Origin: a bacterium
GTDB lineage: Bacteria; Patescibacteriota; Microgenomatia; Levybacterales; UBA12049
NCBI GenBank assembly: GCA_021824155.1
Contig: JAKALN010000001.1
Location: 64,015 to 128,014 of the forward strand
Length of the DNA: 64,000 bases
Direction: 5' to 3'
Of the stretch, positions 37,154-48,193 are shown one piece after another. The notes beneath the pieces are model-generated. The model saw only the letters and a list, made by a program, of their open reading frames with translations, searched no databases and was not told the DNA's origin. A program made the translations under genes and the position numbers. Numbering within the stretch: the stretch's first letter is position 1; the number at the start of each line of letters is the position of its first letter.

Positions 37154-38007
37154 GATTTCTGGGCATATTGACTGCTTACCCAACCCAAAGTTCCGTTTGT
37201 TAATTTTATTTGGTACCAGCCGGTTTGTTCGTTTAGCAATTGATATTTCTCCCCCGGCTTAACTTGCCCTATTTCCGCTCCCCCCAAAGAAGGAGCGTTT
37301 CTTACTCTTAAAAATCCTGTCGGGGTATTAAGTATTGTAATACTTACCGAAGCCTGCGGGGCCTGGGTTGCGGAAGGAGTGGCGCTAGGCAGCGCGGAAG
37401 CAGTGGCTGTTGTTAAATTTACGCCAAGATAAACAAGCGCCTCGAGCTTGTAGCCTGCAACTGTCCTTATTCTTATTGTTTTATCTTTGTATCCGTCTTT
37501 TGTTAATTTTATATCGTGATCCGAAGGGGTAACGTTTTGAAGAAGAAGCGGTGTCTGTCCTGAAGGGTTACTGTCCAGAAAAACCTGGGATTTATCGGGA
37601 AATGAAATTATAAGAAGCTGTGCGTCTTTTTTATCCTGTATCTGTGAAAGACTTATAATCGAACCCTGGGAGGAAGCCCCCGGCCCAAAAGTCCTGTCAA
37701 CAACAGTAAGAACCGAAGAAGTTATTGTAATTTTTTCCTCAAAGGGGTCAAAATTCCCTTGGGTAGGAACAAGCCTTAAGGAATGAACTCCGGAAGAAAT
37801 CATATCGTTTGCCTGACATTTACAAATCGGTGTTTGTCCTATTAATTTACCGTCTATATAAACCTTGCTTACAGGAGCAGATGTTACTTGTAGAGCACCT
37901 GTCCCGGAATTTTTATTTACAAAAATAAAAATTACAACAAAAATTATTATGGCAAGAAAAATAGGAACTAAAATAAAAAGAAGCTTCTTCATTTTAAAAA
38001 TTACCAA
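37150..38007 (-). CDS. Membrane-anchored PEGA-domain protein with a C-terminal SH3b domain
   Basis: 285 aa with an N-terminal TM segment. It has two PEGA-like repeats (…VYIDGKLIGQTP…, …VFLDSNPSGQTP…) and GFLRVRNAPSLGGAEIGQVKPGEKYQLLNEQTGWYQIKL (SH3b). Confidence 0.7.
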   Translation of the reverse strand: MVIFKMKKLLFILVPIFLAIIIFVVIFIFVNKNSGTGALQVTSAPVSKVYIDGKLIGQTPICKCQANDMISSGVHSLRLVPTQGNFDPFEEKITITSSVLTVVDRTFGPGASSQGSIISLSQIQDKKDAQLLIISFPDKSQVFLDSNPSGQTPLLLQNVTPSDHDIKLTKDGYKDKTIRIRTVAGYKLEALVYLGVNLTTATASALPSATPSATQAPQASVSITILNTPTGFLRVRNAPSLGGAEIGQVKPGEKYQLLNEQTGWYQIKLTNGTLGWVSSQYAQKS

Positions 38008-38049
38008 ACTAATATAGCAAGAAATTAGCTTTTTGACAATAAAAACGGT

Positions 38050-39760
<1,711 letters not shown>

Positions 39761-39765
39761 GATTT

Positions 39766-40068
39766 TCAGTCAATGACTGCAAGTATATCTTTCTGGTCAA
39801 CTATTGTCCATTCTTCGTTTCCGACTTTTACTTCATTTCCGCCCCATTTTTTATACATTACCTTCTGTCCTGCCTTAATAACCATTGGTATTTTATCTCC
39901 TTTAGGCGTCATATCTCCGGGGCCTACAGCCATAACTTCGCCGATTTGCGGTTTTTCTTTTGCGCTGTCCGGTAGAATGATCCCGCTTGCGGTTTTTTCT
40001 TCCGCTTCAAGCGGTTTTACCAAAACGTTATTAAAAAGAGGTTTTATATTGTTTTTTGCTGCTGCCAT
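39766..40068 (-). CDS. groS: Co-chaperonin GroES
   Basis: 100 aa. MAAAKNNIKPLFNNVLVKP... is typical of Cpn10. Confidence 0.95.
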   Translation of the reverse strand: MAAAKNNIKPLFNNVLVKPLEAEEKTASGIILPDSAKEKPQIGEVMAVGPGDMTPKGDKIPMVIKAGQKVMYKKWGGNEVKVGNEEWTIVDQKDILAVID

Positions 40069-40081
40069 ATATAGTCAAAAA

Positions 40082-40108
40082 ATATCACTCGAAGAAAGTG
40101 ACTGCTTA
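40082..40108. promoter_or_regulatory. CIRCE-like element between the groES -10 box and the start codon
   Basis: ATATCACTC-gaagaaagt-GACTGCTTA compared with TTAGCACTC-N9-GAGTGCTAA matches 7/9 on each arm with a 9-nt spacer. It shares the GACTGC right half with the hrcA element. Confidence 0.35.
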
Positions 40109-40137
40109 TTTATACAATAAAAATACTGCCCTGTCAA
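40109..40137 (-). promoter_or_regulatory. groESL promoter TTGACA-N17-TATAAA
   Basis: -35 is the revcomp of 40132-37, and -10 is the revcomp of 40109-14. Confidence 0.5.
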
Positions 40138-40204
40138 TATCTTTAAAAGCTTTAACACTTGACACCTACGTATTTCTTCTATACCATAAATTTAGAATAT
40201 AATT

Positions 40205-41386
40205 ATGTCCTTACCATCGGGCAAAAAATTGCTGTTGTTAGGTTTTATAGCAGTCCTACTTGTTATTATTCCGTTGACTGTATTTATCGTGCAACAGCAG
40301 CAAAAAACCCAAAGCAGCGCCCAAAAATCCACGACCTTGGGGTTTAACCCTTCCTCAACTACAGTTAACGTGGGAGATACGGTAAATCTGGACATAATGA
40401 TGAACCCCGGCAACAATCAAGTTTCATTTGTAAAATTGATAATAAATTACGACCCTACTAAACTGGCCACTGCATCAGCCGGAAGCGCTGTTTGTCCGGC
40501 AAAGCCGGATGATGCCCTTTGTCCTAATGTAGTTGCCTTCCCTTCCGTATTGCAAGGCCCGGTTTACGGCCCGGGAACAGTTTCCGTTACTCTTTCCATA
40601 GGAGGAAGTCCGCAGAATATAGTCCAGACAACAACTAAAATAGGAACAATAGCTTTCCAGGCAATAGCAGGCACGGATGCAGCTCCAACCCAAGTAACAT
40701 TTGCAGGACAAACCCAAGTTTTATCTATTGCTTCAACGGACCAATTCAATGAAAATGTTTTATCAACGGTTAACCCGGCAAATATAACAATAAATGCCGC
40801 TACGGCTTCTGCAACTCCAACTCCGACACCGGCTCCCACGGCAAGTCCGACACCTACACCTACTCCTACGCCTACTCCAACTCCGACACCGGCTCCCACG
40901 GCAAGTCCGACACCGGCTCCAACACCAAACAGTCAAGCTCCCGTATGCCAGAGCCTGGCACTTTCGGGGCCTGCAACCGGAACGGCTCCGTACACTCTTA
41001 CATTTACGGCAACAGGCACTTCTTCCGCAAGTACGATAAATAAAGTCACTTTTAATTACGGGGATAGCGCCACTCAGGATGTAACTAACTCCGGAGGAGT
41101 AGGAAGCAATTCGGTAAGCGTACAAACAAGCCATACATATAACGGGGCAGGTACGTTTACGGCAACTGCCGTAATGACCGACGCACTCGGCAACGTAAGC
41201 GATACCCAAAGCTGTACTCAAACCATAACGGTTAATGCAACTCCCGCACCGACACAATTAGCGCAGGCAACACCGACTCCGGGAAAAACTCTCCCTCCAA
41301 CAGGACCTGACGGAAAAATAATGGCGGCCGGGGTTATAGGAACAATACTCTCTGTGGCCGGACTACTCCTGTTCTTTGCTCTTTAG
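40205..41386 (+). CDS. Surface protein with a cohesin-like domain, PT linker, PKD-like domain and a C-terminal LPPTG...GPD...TM tail
   Basis: 393 aa with a signal/TM N-terminus and a PTPTPTPTPTP linker; the linker contains an exact ~39-nt DNA direct repeat at 40805-40843 and 40870-40908. The PKD-like segment is ...TFNYGDSATQDV...SHTYNGAGTFTATAV. The protein ends ...LPPTGPDGKIMAAGVIGTILSVAGLLLFFAL. Confidence 0.7.
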   Translation: MSLPSGKKLLLLGFIAVLLVIIPLTVFIVQQQQKTQSSAQKSTTLGFNPSSTTVNVGDTVNLDIMMNPGNNQVSFVKLIINYDPTKLATASAGSAVCPAKPDDALCPNVVAFPSVLQGPVYGPGTVSVTLSIGGSPQNIVQTTTKIGTIAFQAIAGTDAAPTQVTFAGQTQVLSIASTDQFNENVLSTVNPANITINAATASATPTPTPAPTASPTPTPTPTPTPTPTPAPTASPTPAPTPNSQAPVCQSLALSGPATGTAPYTLTFTATGTSSASTINKVTFNYGDSATQDVTNSGGVGSNSVSVQTSHTYNGAGTFTATAVMTDALGNVSDTQSCTQTITVNATPAPTQLAQATPTPGKTLPPTGPDGKIMAAGVIGTILSVAGLLLFFAL

Positions 41387-43134
41387 TTTCCCTTGCTGAT
41401 TAAAGGAAGGAGCGCCTCTTGGGGAATATCTATTTTTGAAGTGGTAAACATTTTGTTCTTGCCTTTTTTCTGCGCTTCTAAAAGCTTGTCTTTTCTGGTC
41501 CTGTCTCCTCCCGACATTTTTGCCAAAACATCTTTCCTAAATGCCGGAATTTCCGACCTTGCCAGAATTTTTCCGTCCACTTTTGCCTGTATAACCTGTT
41601 TTATCTGTTTTCTTGGAATTAAATCTTTAAGTTTTTCAGTTTTTTCCCGCGCCAAAAATTGAGCTTCATCCGCATAGACCAATTCCGATAAAACATCTAT
41701 TTCCGTATCGTTTATAAGTATTTCCAGGTTTACCAAATCGGCCTCTTTATAGTCTGTTAATTCATAATCTATACTTGCAAAGCCCGAAGATACCGTTTTT
41801 ATTTCCGAAGACAAATTTCTTATAAAACAACTGAACGGCATTTCGTATTTTAAAATTGCGTTGTCCTTGTGGTATGTCATATCCAAGAGATTTCCCTTTT
41901 TCTTTTGCGCAATAGTTATAATTGCTCCGACAAACTTTACGGGAGTAAAAACCGTTAAAATCATATAGGGCTCAAAAATTTTACTGTTTTGTCTTTCTTC
42001 GTATAAAACATGCGGCATAGTTAAAATCGGGTCGATATTTTCTTCCTGTTTCAACCGTTCTTTAAAAATCTCGGCATGCAAAAGCCCTAAAAATCCGACC
42101 CTGAAACCGCTTCCTAAAAAAACCGAATATTCTGTTGCAATACTTAGCGATGCATCGTTTAAGGAAAGTTTGCTTATTGCCTCTTTAAGCCTTACTAATT
42201 CGTTTGTGCTTTTAGGGTATACACCGAAAAATACCATTGGTTTTGGTGTTTCATACCCGGGCAGAGCTTTTACGTTTGCCATTTGAGATTTAAAATTTGA
42301 AATTTCCGTTATGGTATCTCCTACTCTTGCAAGCCTAATATCTTTTATTCCAGTAATAACATAGCCTATTTCTCCTGTTGTTAAGTTATCTTTTGAAACC
42401 AAAAAAGGAGAAAAAAATCCTACTTCGGAGGCGTCTGCTTTTACACTGCTTTGTAGAAATTCTATTTTTTCATGCCGTTCAAGTTTGCCGTCAACAACCT
42501 TTATAAATGCCACTACTCCCCTATGTTCGTCATACTCGGCGTCAAAAATTAAAGCTCTCAGAGGCAAGTCCGGAGAACCCTTGGGGGGAGGAAGTTTTTC
42601 AATAATTGCCGAAAGCAGTTCCTCTACATTCTCTCCTGTTTTTGCCGATATATAATAAATCTCTTCTTTTTTAAACCCGAATAATTCTTCTAAATCCCTT
42701 GCCGTTTCCTCTTTTCTTGCGGTTGGCAAATCTATCTTGTTAATAACCGGAATTATGGCTAAGCCTTCTTTCTGTGCAACTCTAAAATGCGCAACCGTCT
42801 GCGCCTGAATCCCCTGGGTGGCATCAACCAATAATACTGCACCCTCACAGGCTGCCAAAGTCCTTGAAACTTCATAAGAAAAATCTATATGGCCGGGAGT
42901 ATCTATTAAATTAAGCACATAAGACAGGCCGTTTTTTTCGTAATGCATCTTAACAGGGGCGAGTTTTATCGTTATTCCCCGCTCCCTGGAAATGGGGCTC
43001 TGGTCCAAAAACTGTTCTTTAATTTTGTCTTTTGCTATTGTTTTTGTTATTTCCAAAAGCCTGTCCGCCAGCGTTGATTTGCCGTGGTCGATATGTGCGA
43101 TAATTGCGAAGTTACGTATTAATTTTTGTTCCAT
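41383..43134 (-). CDS. lepA: Elongation factor 4 (LepA)
   Basis: 583 aa with a G domain (AIIAHIDHGKSTLADR, DTPGH) and the LepA-specific C-terminus. Confidence 0.95.
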   Translation of the reverse strand: MEQKLIRNFAIIAHIDHGKSTLADRLLEITKTIAKDKIKEQFLDQSPISRERGITIKLAPVKMHYEKNGLSYVLNLIDTPGHIDFSYEVSRTLAACEGAVLLVDATQGIQAQTVAHFRVAQKEGLAIIPVINKIDLPTARKEETARDLEELFGFKKEEIYYISAKTGENVEELLSAIIEKLPPPKGSPDLPLRALIFDAEYDEHRGVVAFIKVVDGKLERHEKIEFLQSSVKADASEVGFFSPFLVSKDNLTTGEIGYVITGIKDIRLARVGDTITEISNFKSQMANVKALPGYETPKPMVFFGVYPKSTNELVRLKEAISKLSLNDASLSIATEYSVFLGSGFRVGFLGLLHAEIFKERLKQEENIDPILTMPHVLYEERQNSKIFEPYMILTVFTPVKFVGAIITIAQKKKGNLLDMTYHKDNAILKYEMPFSCFIRNLSSEIKTVSSGFASIDYELTDYKEADLVNLEILINDTEIDVLSELVYADEAQFLAREKTEKLKDLIPRKQIKQVIQAKVDGKILARSEIPAFRKDVLAKMSGGDRTRKDKLLEAQKKGKNKMFTTSKIDIPQEALLPLISKGN

Positions 43135-43161
43135 TTAAACCTCACGGGGAATTATACCAGA

Positions 43162-44820
43162 TTAAGGATTGAAGCGGGTTCCGTCTATTGCCTCTTCACT
43201 TCCTCGCAGGATTTGCCTCCAGTCGCCGAGTTTTTTGAATATGGTAATAAACATAATGGCTTCTTTAACGTTAAAAAGCCACGTAAGGAAAAGGTATAAC
43301 AAAAGTCCGGCCGAACTTGAAATCCCTGTCAGTAAAATAAGGTTTACGGTTTTTGTAGTATCAAAAACAAGCTGGTCCAATAGTTTTATCGGAATATATA
43401 GGGCAAATCCGGTAAAAAGAGTGGCTATGGTAATTTTCATCAACGAAACAAAAAGCGGAATTTTATTAAATCCTCCTACCCTTCTGTCCAAAAAAATAAA
43501 TAAGACAAAGATATTGATTATGCTTCCTATTGAATAGGCTACGGCAATACTTTCTATTCCATAATGATAAATAAAAATAAATAGCGCTCCTATCAAAAGC
43601 ATTAAACCCGTTGTTAAAGCGCCTATAATAAGAGGGGTTTTTGTATCATGTAACGCATAAAAACCTCTGGAAATCAAATAAACAAGCGCTTGGGCAAAAA
43701 TGGAAATACTAAAAAAGGCAAGCGTCCTCCCGGTTAGGACCGTTGCTGCCCAATCAAATTGTGAAGCTCCGTAAATAAGTCTGACTACGGGAATTCTTAA
43801 AACCAAGAGAAGCGCCGAAACAGGCAAAACCAGATAGAGCATCTGATTTAAGCTTGTTATAAATGTAGTCTTAAAATCTTCAAGGCGGTCCCTTTCTTTT
43901 GAAAGAACAGGAAAAGCGGCCTGGGCAATCGCCTGGCCAAAAAGTGCAACAGGAGCAAAGGCAAGGGTCTGGGCATAATCAAAAATTACATAATTTCTGC
44001 CCGGGTTTGGAAGAAAAGAAACTAAAGTAACTGTTATAAGGGCGCCTATCTGAAAAATTCCAAGAGAAATGGTTCTTGGCCACATTAATTTTAATACCTC
44101 CATGACCCCCGCTGTTTTTAAAGAAAACGAGGGTTTAAACGAAAATCCCACCCTTTTAATCAGCGGAAGCTGAACAATAACAAAGATAAAAGCTCCTAAA
44201 ACAACGCCCCAAGCTGCGGAAAAAATTCCGAGAAAAGGAGAAAGAACTATAATTCCTATAATAATTCCTAAATTAAATGTTGCCGAAGCAATGCCCGGAA
44301 TAAAAAAATGGTTATAAGACTGTAAAACCGCAGAAAGAAAGCTTCCGAGAATAAAAAGAATTTCTCCAAAAATTATCACTCTTGTTAAATTTGCCATCAG
44401 GTTTATCTGAGAGGGTGAAAAACCCGGAGCTATCAGCTTTGAAAAATCGTTTGCAAATACAAAAAGGAAAAACGAAAAAACGGTAAAAATTACAAGGGCG
44501 GCCAAAAGAAGCGTTGATCCCAACCTGTATGCATCTTCATTTTTCCCCTTACCCAAGTATTCCGAAAAAACAGGAATAAATGCCGAAGAAAGAGCGCCGG
44601 CAATAATTATCTGAAAAAGAAAATCCGGCATTCTGGTTGAAGCAAGATACACTCCAAGGGTATTAGATGCACCAAAAATTCCTACCAATAATCTTTGCCT
44701 CACCAGTCCCAAAACTTGAGACAAGACGATCGTTGCCATTATTACAAAGGCTGCCGAGATAATGTTGTTTTGTTGTCGGAGTAAAAGACCAAGACTTCTC
44801 TTTAAAAAATCCTTAGGCAT
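43162..44820 (-). CDS. murJ: Lipid II flippase MurJ/MviN
   Basis: 552 aa with 14 TM. The MOP-superfamily MurJ pattern (…VRQRLLVGIFGAS…) is present. Confidence 0.85.
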   Translation of the reverse strand: MPKDFLKRSLGLLLRQQNNIISAAFVIMATIVLSQVLGLVRQRLLVGIFGASNTLGVYLASTRMPDFLFQIIIAGALSSAFIPVFSEYLGKGKNEDAYRLGSTLLLAALVIFTVFSFFLFVFANDFSKLIAPGFSPSQINLMANLTRVIIFGEILFILGSFLSAVLQSYNHFFIPGIASATFNLGIIIGIIVLSPFLGIFSAAWGVVLGAFIFVIVQLPLIKRVGFSFKPSFSLKTAGVMEVLKLMWPRTISLGIFQIGALITVTLVSFLPNPGRNYVIFDYAQTLAFAPVALFGQAIAQAAFPVLSKERDRLEDFKTTFITSLNQMLYLVLPVSALLLVLRIPVVRLIYGASQFDWAATVLTGRTLAFFSISIFAQALVYLISRGFYALHDTKTPLIIGALTTGLMLLIGALFIFIYHYGIESIAVAYSIGSIINIFVLFIFLDRRVGGFNKIPLFVSLMKITIATLFTGFALYIPIKLLDQLVFDTTKTVNLILLTGISSSAGLLLYLFLTWLFNVKEAIMFITIFKKLGDWRQILRGSEEAIDGTRFNP

Positions 44821-44856
44821 AAAACGGTTGTTTTTATAAGTATAACATGATAAAAT

Positions 44857-45177
44857 ATGCCTATGCCAGTAATAAAATCCGCAAAGAAAAAATTAAAAAA
44901 AGACAGAAAAAGGGAAACGGCAAATAAAAGCCTGCGAAATCTTTTTAAAAAAACGCTAAAGCTTGCGGAAAAATCTCCGACCGAAGCAAATGTAAGAAAA
45001 GCTGTAAAAGTAATAGATAAAACCGCAAAAAAGAATATTATCCATTCAAACAAAGCGGCCAGATTAAAATCAAAACTTGCCAAACTTTTGGCAGCTAAAT
45101 CTCCCAAGCCAAAAACTGCGGAAAATGCAAAAAAACCGCAAAAAACCAAGCCCCAAAAATCAAAATCAAAAAAATAA
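44857..45177 (+). CDS. rpsT: 30S ribosomal protein S20 with a Lys-rich C-terminal extension
   Basis: 106 aa. MPMPVIKSAKKKLKKDRKRETANKSLRN...IHSNKAARLKSKLAKLL matches S20, and the tail is KPKTAENAKKPQKTKPQKSKSKK. Confidence 0.85.
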   Translation: MPMPVIKSAKKKLKKDRKRETANKSLRNLFKKTLKLAEKSPTEANVRKAVKVIDKTAKKNIIHSNKAARLKSKLAKLLAAKSPKPKTAENAKKPQKTKPQKSKSKK

Positions 45178-45194
45178 ATCCCCTCTTTAAATCT

Positions 45195-45223
45195 TTGACA
45201 AAATAGCAAAAAAACCCTAGACT
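45195..45223 (+). promoter_or_regulatory. Promoter TTGACA-N17-TAGACT immediately upstream of pilN, which would make it leaderless
   Basis: -35 at 45195-200 and -10 at 45218-223. The ATG at 45230 is 7 nt after the -10. Confidence 0.4.
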
Positions 45224-45229
45224 AAACTT

Positions 45230-45790
45230 ATGCTGCAGAAAAAGTCCGACTCCATAAATCTGTTAAAAAGAGAAACTCCTTTTGCCGACAGATTTATTAA
45301 TTGGGCTTTAACCGTAGGAAGACTTTTAGTAATAATAACCGAGGTTGTTGCCTTGGGAGCTTTTGTTTACCGTTTTTCCCTAGACCGCCAGATAATTGAC
45401 CTTCACTCAAAAATAAATCAGGAACAGGCTATAGTAAACTATCTTAAAAATAATGAATCCAGCTACAGAAATCTCCAGAAGAGACTGGTAATAGCGTCCA
45501 CAAGCATAAATCTGTCATCAAACAGACTTAAAATCTTTAATGACATTGTAAAAGCTGCGCCGGCAGGTCTTGCCTTTAACACCTTGGCCTTATATGAAGA
45601 CAGGGTAAACATAGAAGCAAACGTTGATTCGGTTGCCTCACTTACAAAATTTGTAAATTCTATTAAAGATTATCCGGCGATAGACAGTATCAGTATAGAC
45701 AAAATAGAAAGTAAGCCGTCGAGCGCGGTAATTACAATAAACTTAACCGCTACTCTTAAACCTAATTACGTTTATGCAAGTACAAAGTAG
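45230..45790 (+). CDS. pilN: Type IV pilus assembly protein PilN-like
   Basis: 186 aa. It has an N-terminal INLL motif (SINLLKRE), a single TM segment and a periplasmic domain. Confidence 0.65.
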   Translation: MLQKKSDSINLLKRETPFADRFINWALTVGRLLVIITEVVALGAFVYRFSLDRQIIDLHSKINQEQAIVNYLKNNESSYRNLQKRLVIASTSINLSSNRLKIFNDIVKAAPAGLAFNTLALYEDRVNIEANVDSVASLTKFVNSIKDYPAIDSISIDKIESKPSSAVITINLTATLKPNYVYASTK

Positions 45791-46394
45791 TAATTTATTC
45801 AAAAATATACAAAAAAATAAATACCTTGAAATGCTGCCGGATTTCAAGGAAGAAAGGACACAAAAGTTTACGACTTTAGTCCTTACTCTTGTTGCTTTAT
45901 CTTTTTTCGGCCTTTTTGCAATAAGCCCTACTCTTTCAACAATTGCAAATTTAAACAAACAGCTCGACGATAACAAATTTGTTGACCAGCAGCTGCAGAC
46001 GAAAATAAACAATCTGTATCTTCTTCAGCAAAAATATACGGAATTAACTCCAGATTTGCCTTATGTATTTAATTCCGTCCCGAAAGGCCCGGAGGTGCCC
46101 CTTTTAGTTGCTCAAATTCAATCGGTTGCAAAAGATTCGGGAATTAGCATAACCGGACTGCAGACTTTTGAAACACAAGTTCCTGACCCGACAACGCCGG
46201 TAAAAGACAGTTATGCTTACACTTTTAGTTTGTCCGCAAACGGATCCTATGAAAACATATCTAAATTTGCCAATTCAATCGTAAACATGCAAAGAGTAAT
46301 ATCTATAAATATACTCTCAATTACCAGAAATACGGGTTCGCAAGGGCCTTCAATGCAGGTCAATTTCAAAGGAACAGCTTATTATAAAGAATAA
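45774..46394 (+). CDS. pilO: Type IV pilus assembly protein PilO-like
   Basis: 206 aa with an N-terminal TM segment, a coiled coil and a PilO-like C-terminal domain. It overlaps pilN by 17 nt. Confidence 0.6.
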   Translation: MQVQSSNLFKNIQKNKYLEMLPDFKEERTQKFTTLVLTLVALSFFGLFAISPTLSTIANLNKQLDDNKFVDQQLQTKINNLYLLQQKYTELTPDLPYVFNSVPKGPEVPLLVAQIQSVAKDSGISITGLQTFETQVPDPTTPVKDSYAYTFSLSANGSYENISKFANSIVNMQRVISINILSITRNTGSQGPSMQVNFKGTAYYKE

Positions 46395-46397
46395 CTT

Positions 46398-46736
46398 ATG
46401 AAACAAAAAGATATTTTATTACTGTTAATACCGTCTTTTATAGTAATAGTAGCGTGGATTGCTTTTAGTATTTATCATAGTTCTGTGGCTTCTACAATCA
46501 CGCCTATTGTAGATATCCAGATTGCCCCTATTACACCGGCTTTTGATACTGCAACAATTTCCCAGTTAAAACAAAGGGCAAATGTCTCTCCCATTTACGA
46601 AGTCCAAAATATCCCAAGCCCGTCACCGACTCCTTTCTACATACCTGCTGCGCCTATCTCGTCGCAATCCGGAATACCTTTGGGCGCTCCTGCCAATAGC
46701 CCTCAAGGAACTTCCGGAGGAACATTAGCGCCATGA
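46398..46736 (+). CDS. Small membrane-anchored Pro-rich protein, possibly a PilP-like lipoprotein analog
   Basis: 112 aa with an N-terminal TM segment. It sits in the pilN/pilO operon. Confidence 0.5.
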   Translation: MKQKDILLLLIPSFIVIVAWIAFSIYHSSVASTITPIVDIQIAPITPAFDTATISQLKQRANVSPIYEVQNIPSPSPTPFYIPAAPISSQSGIPLGAPANSPQGTSGGTLAP

Positions 46737-48193
46737 ATAAAACAATCTGGGATAAAAGAATACCTACGCTTTTAGGGGTATTCTTAATTGTTGTGGGAAT
46801 AGGAATAACGTCCTTTTTAGTAGAAAAAGGAATAATTGTTGTGGGTCATGCCAACCCTTCGGCAAATCCCCAAAACATCAGAATAACAAATATAACAGAC
46901 ACCTCCTTTACTGTTTCGTACTCTACGGATGCACAGGTTCTCGGTTCTTTAAATTACGGGACAGGTCCTTCTCTGGGGCAAACGGCATTAGACGACAGGG
47001 ACCAGCAAACCGGTTCTTTAACCAACCATACTGTACACAGCATTACTGTTAGAAATTTATCTCCTACATCAAAATACTATTTTTCCATAACAAGCGGACA
47101 GGATAAATTTGTAAATAACGGCGTTCCTTTTGAAATAGTTACCGCAGCGGCAATTTCATCTCCACCCTCAGATGAAAAACCCATAATAGGAAAAGTAGTT
47201 CTACCCGACGGAAACTCCCCAAGCGAAGCAATAATTTATATTACAACCGATAATGCACAGGTTATATCGTCTCTTATAAAATCTGACGGGACTTATTTAA
47301 TTCCCTTAAATTCTCTAAGAAGCAGCGATTTATCTTCTTATCTTGATTTTTCAAAAGTGAATAATTTAAAAATGCTCGTTTACGGAGACGGATTAAGCTC
47401 AAATGTCACTCTGTCAATTAACCAAATAAACCCGGTACCTACTGTTACCCTATCGAAAGACTATGATTTTTCAACGGGCAGCGGGCCTGTGCCCGCACCA
47501 TCGGCAACTTCCTCCTCGGAATTCCAACAGCAGCAAAGTGAAACCTTTCCTTCTGCAAAACCCGGAATAGTTTCCAATGGTCCCACCCTTATAACACCTA
47601 AAGAAAACCAAAGTTTTTCCGACCAGCAGCCTGTATTTCAAGGCACCGGCCAGCCAAACCAAACGGTAAAGATTGAAATCCATTCCGACCAGACAATAAC
47701 AGCTCAGGTAACTGCCGACGGAAACGGATATTGGTCCTTTAGGCCAGCTACGCCTCTGGCACCGGGTGTTCACACCATTTCTATAACTACTCCGGATGCA
47801 AACGGAATATTAAGAACAATTACCCAAACCTTCACTGTATATGCAGCGGGAAGCCAGGTAAATCCGGTTGCCAATCCTCCTACTTCAACACCTACGCCTA
47901 CCCCCGCGCCCAGCCAATCTCCAAGTCCGGCTCCTACCCAAACGCCGACCCCAACGCCTTTACCCAGCGTTAGTCCCGCCCCAACGCCAACGATTGCTCC
48001 GACATTAACTCCAACTCCTACGGCAAGCCCGACTGCAACTCCTATTGCTACAATAGCGCCGACCCCAACGCCTTCTGCTCCCGCCCTTGCTCCGGGAGGA
48101 AAATCACCCGGGCCGGATAACACAATTATTGGACTGGGATTTTTGGGAGGAATAATAACAATTATAGGGGCCGCTCTGTTATTTGCTTTATAG
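46733..48193 (+). CDS. Surface protein with FN3 and Ig-like domains, a long PT linker and a C-terminal LAPGG...GPD...TM tail
   Basis: 486 aa with an N-terminal TM segment. FN3-like region: NIRITNITDTSFTVSYSTD...SPTSKYYFSITSG. A ~70-aa P/T/S/A linker follows, and the protein ends ...LAPGGKSPGPDNTIIGLGFLGGIITIIGAALLFAL. Confidence 0.7.
   Translation: MNKTIWDKRIPTLLGVFLIVVGIGITSFLVEKGIIVVGHANPSANPQNIRITNITDTSFTVSYSTDAQVLGSLNYGTGPSLGQTALDDRDQQTGSLTNHTVHSITVRNLSPTSKYYFSITSGQDKFVNNGVPFEIVTAAAISSPPSDEKPIIGKVVLPDGNSPSEAIIYITTDNAQVISSLIKSDGTYLIPLNSLRSSDLSSYLDFSKVNNLKMLVYGDGLSSNVTLSINQINPVPTVTLSKDYDFSTGSGPVPAPSATSSSEFQQQQSETFPSAKPGIVSNGPTLITPKENQSFSDQQPVFQGTGQPNQTVKIEIHSDQTITAQVTADGNGYWSFRPATPLAPGVHTISITTPDANGILRTITQTFTVYAAGSQVNPVANPPTSTPTPTPAPSQSPSPAPTQTPTPTPLPSVSPAPTPTIAPTLTPTPTASPTATPIATIAPTPTPSAPALAPGGKSPGPDNTIIGLGFLGGIITIIGAALLFAL

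Noticed and set aside
40564-40899. Gly/Val-rich antisense ORFs (MGAGVGVGVGVG...) here, and also at 14819-15040 and 47770-48123
   Set aside because: They are reverse-strand readings of the PTPTPT linker codons of the surface proteins. This is an artefact of repetitive GC-rich linker DNA.
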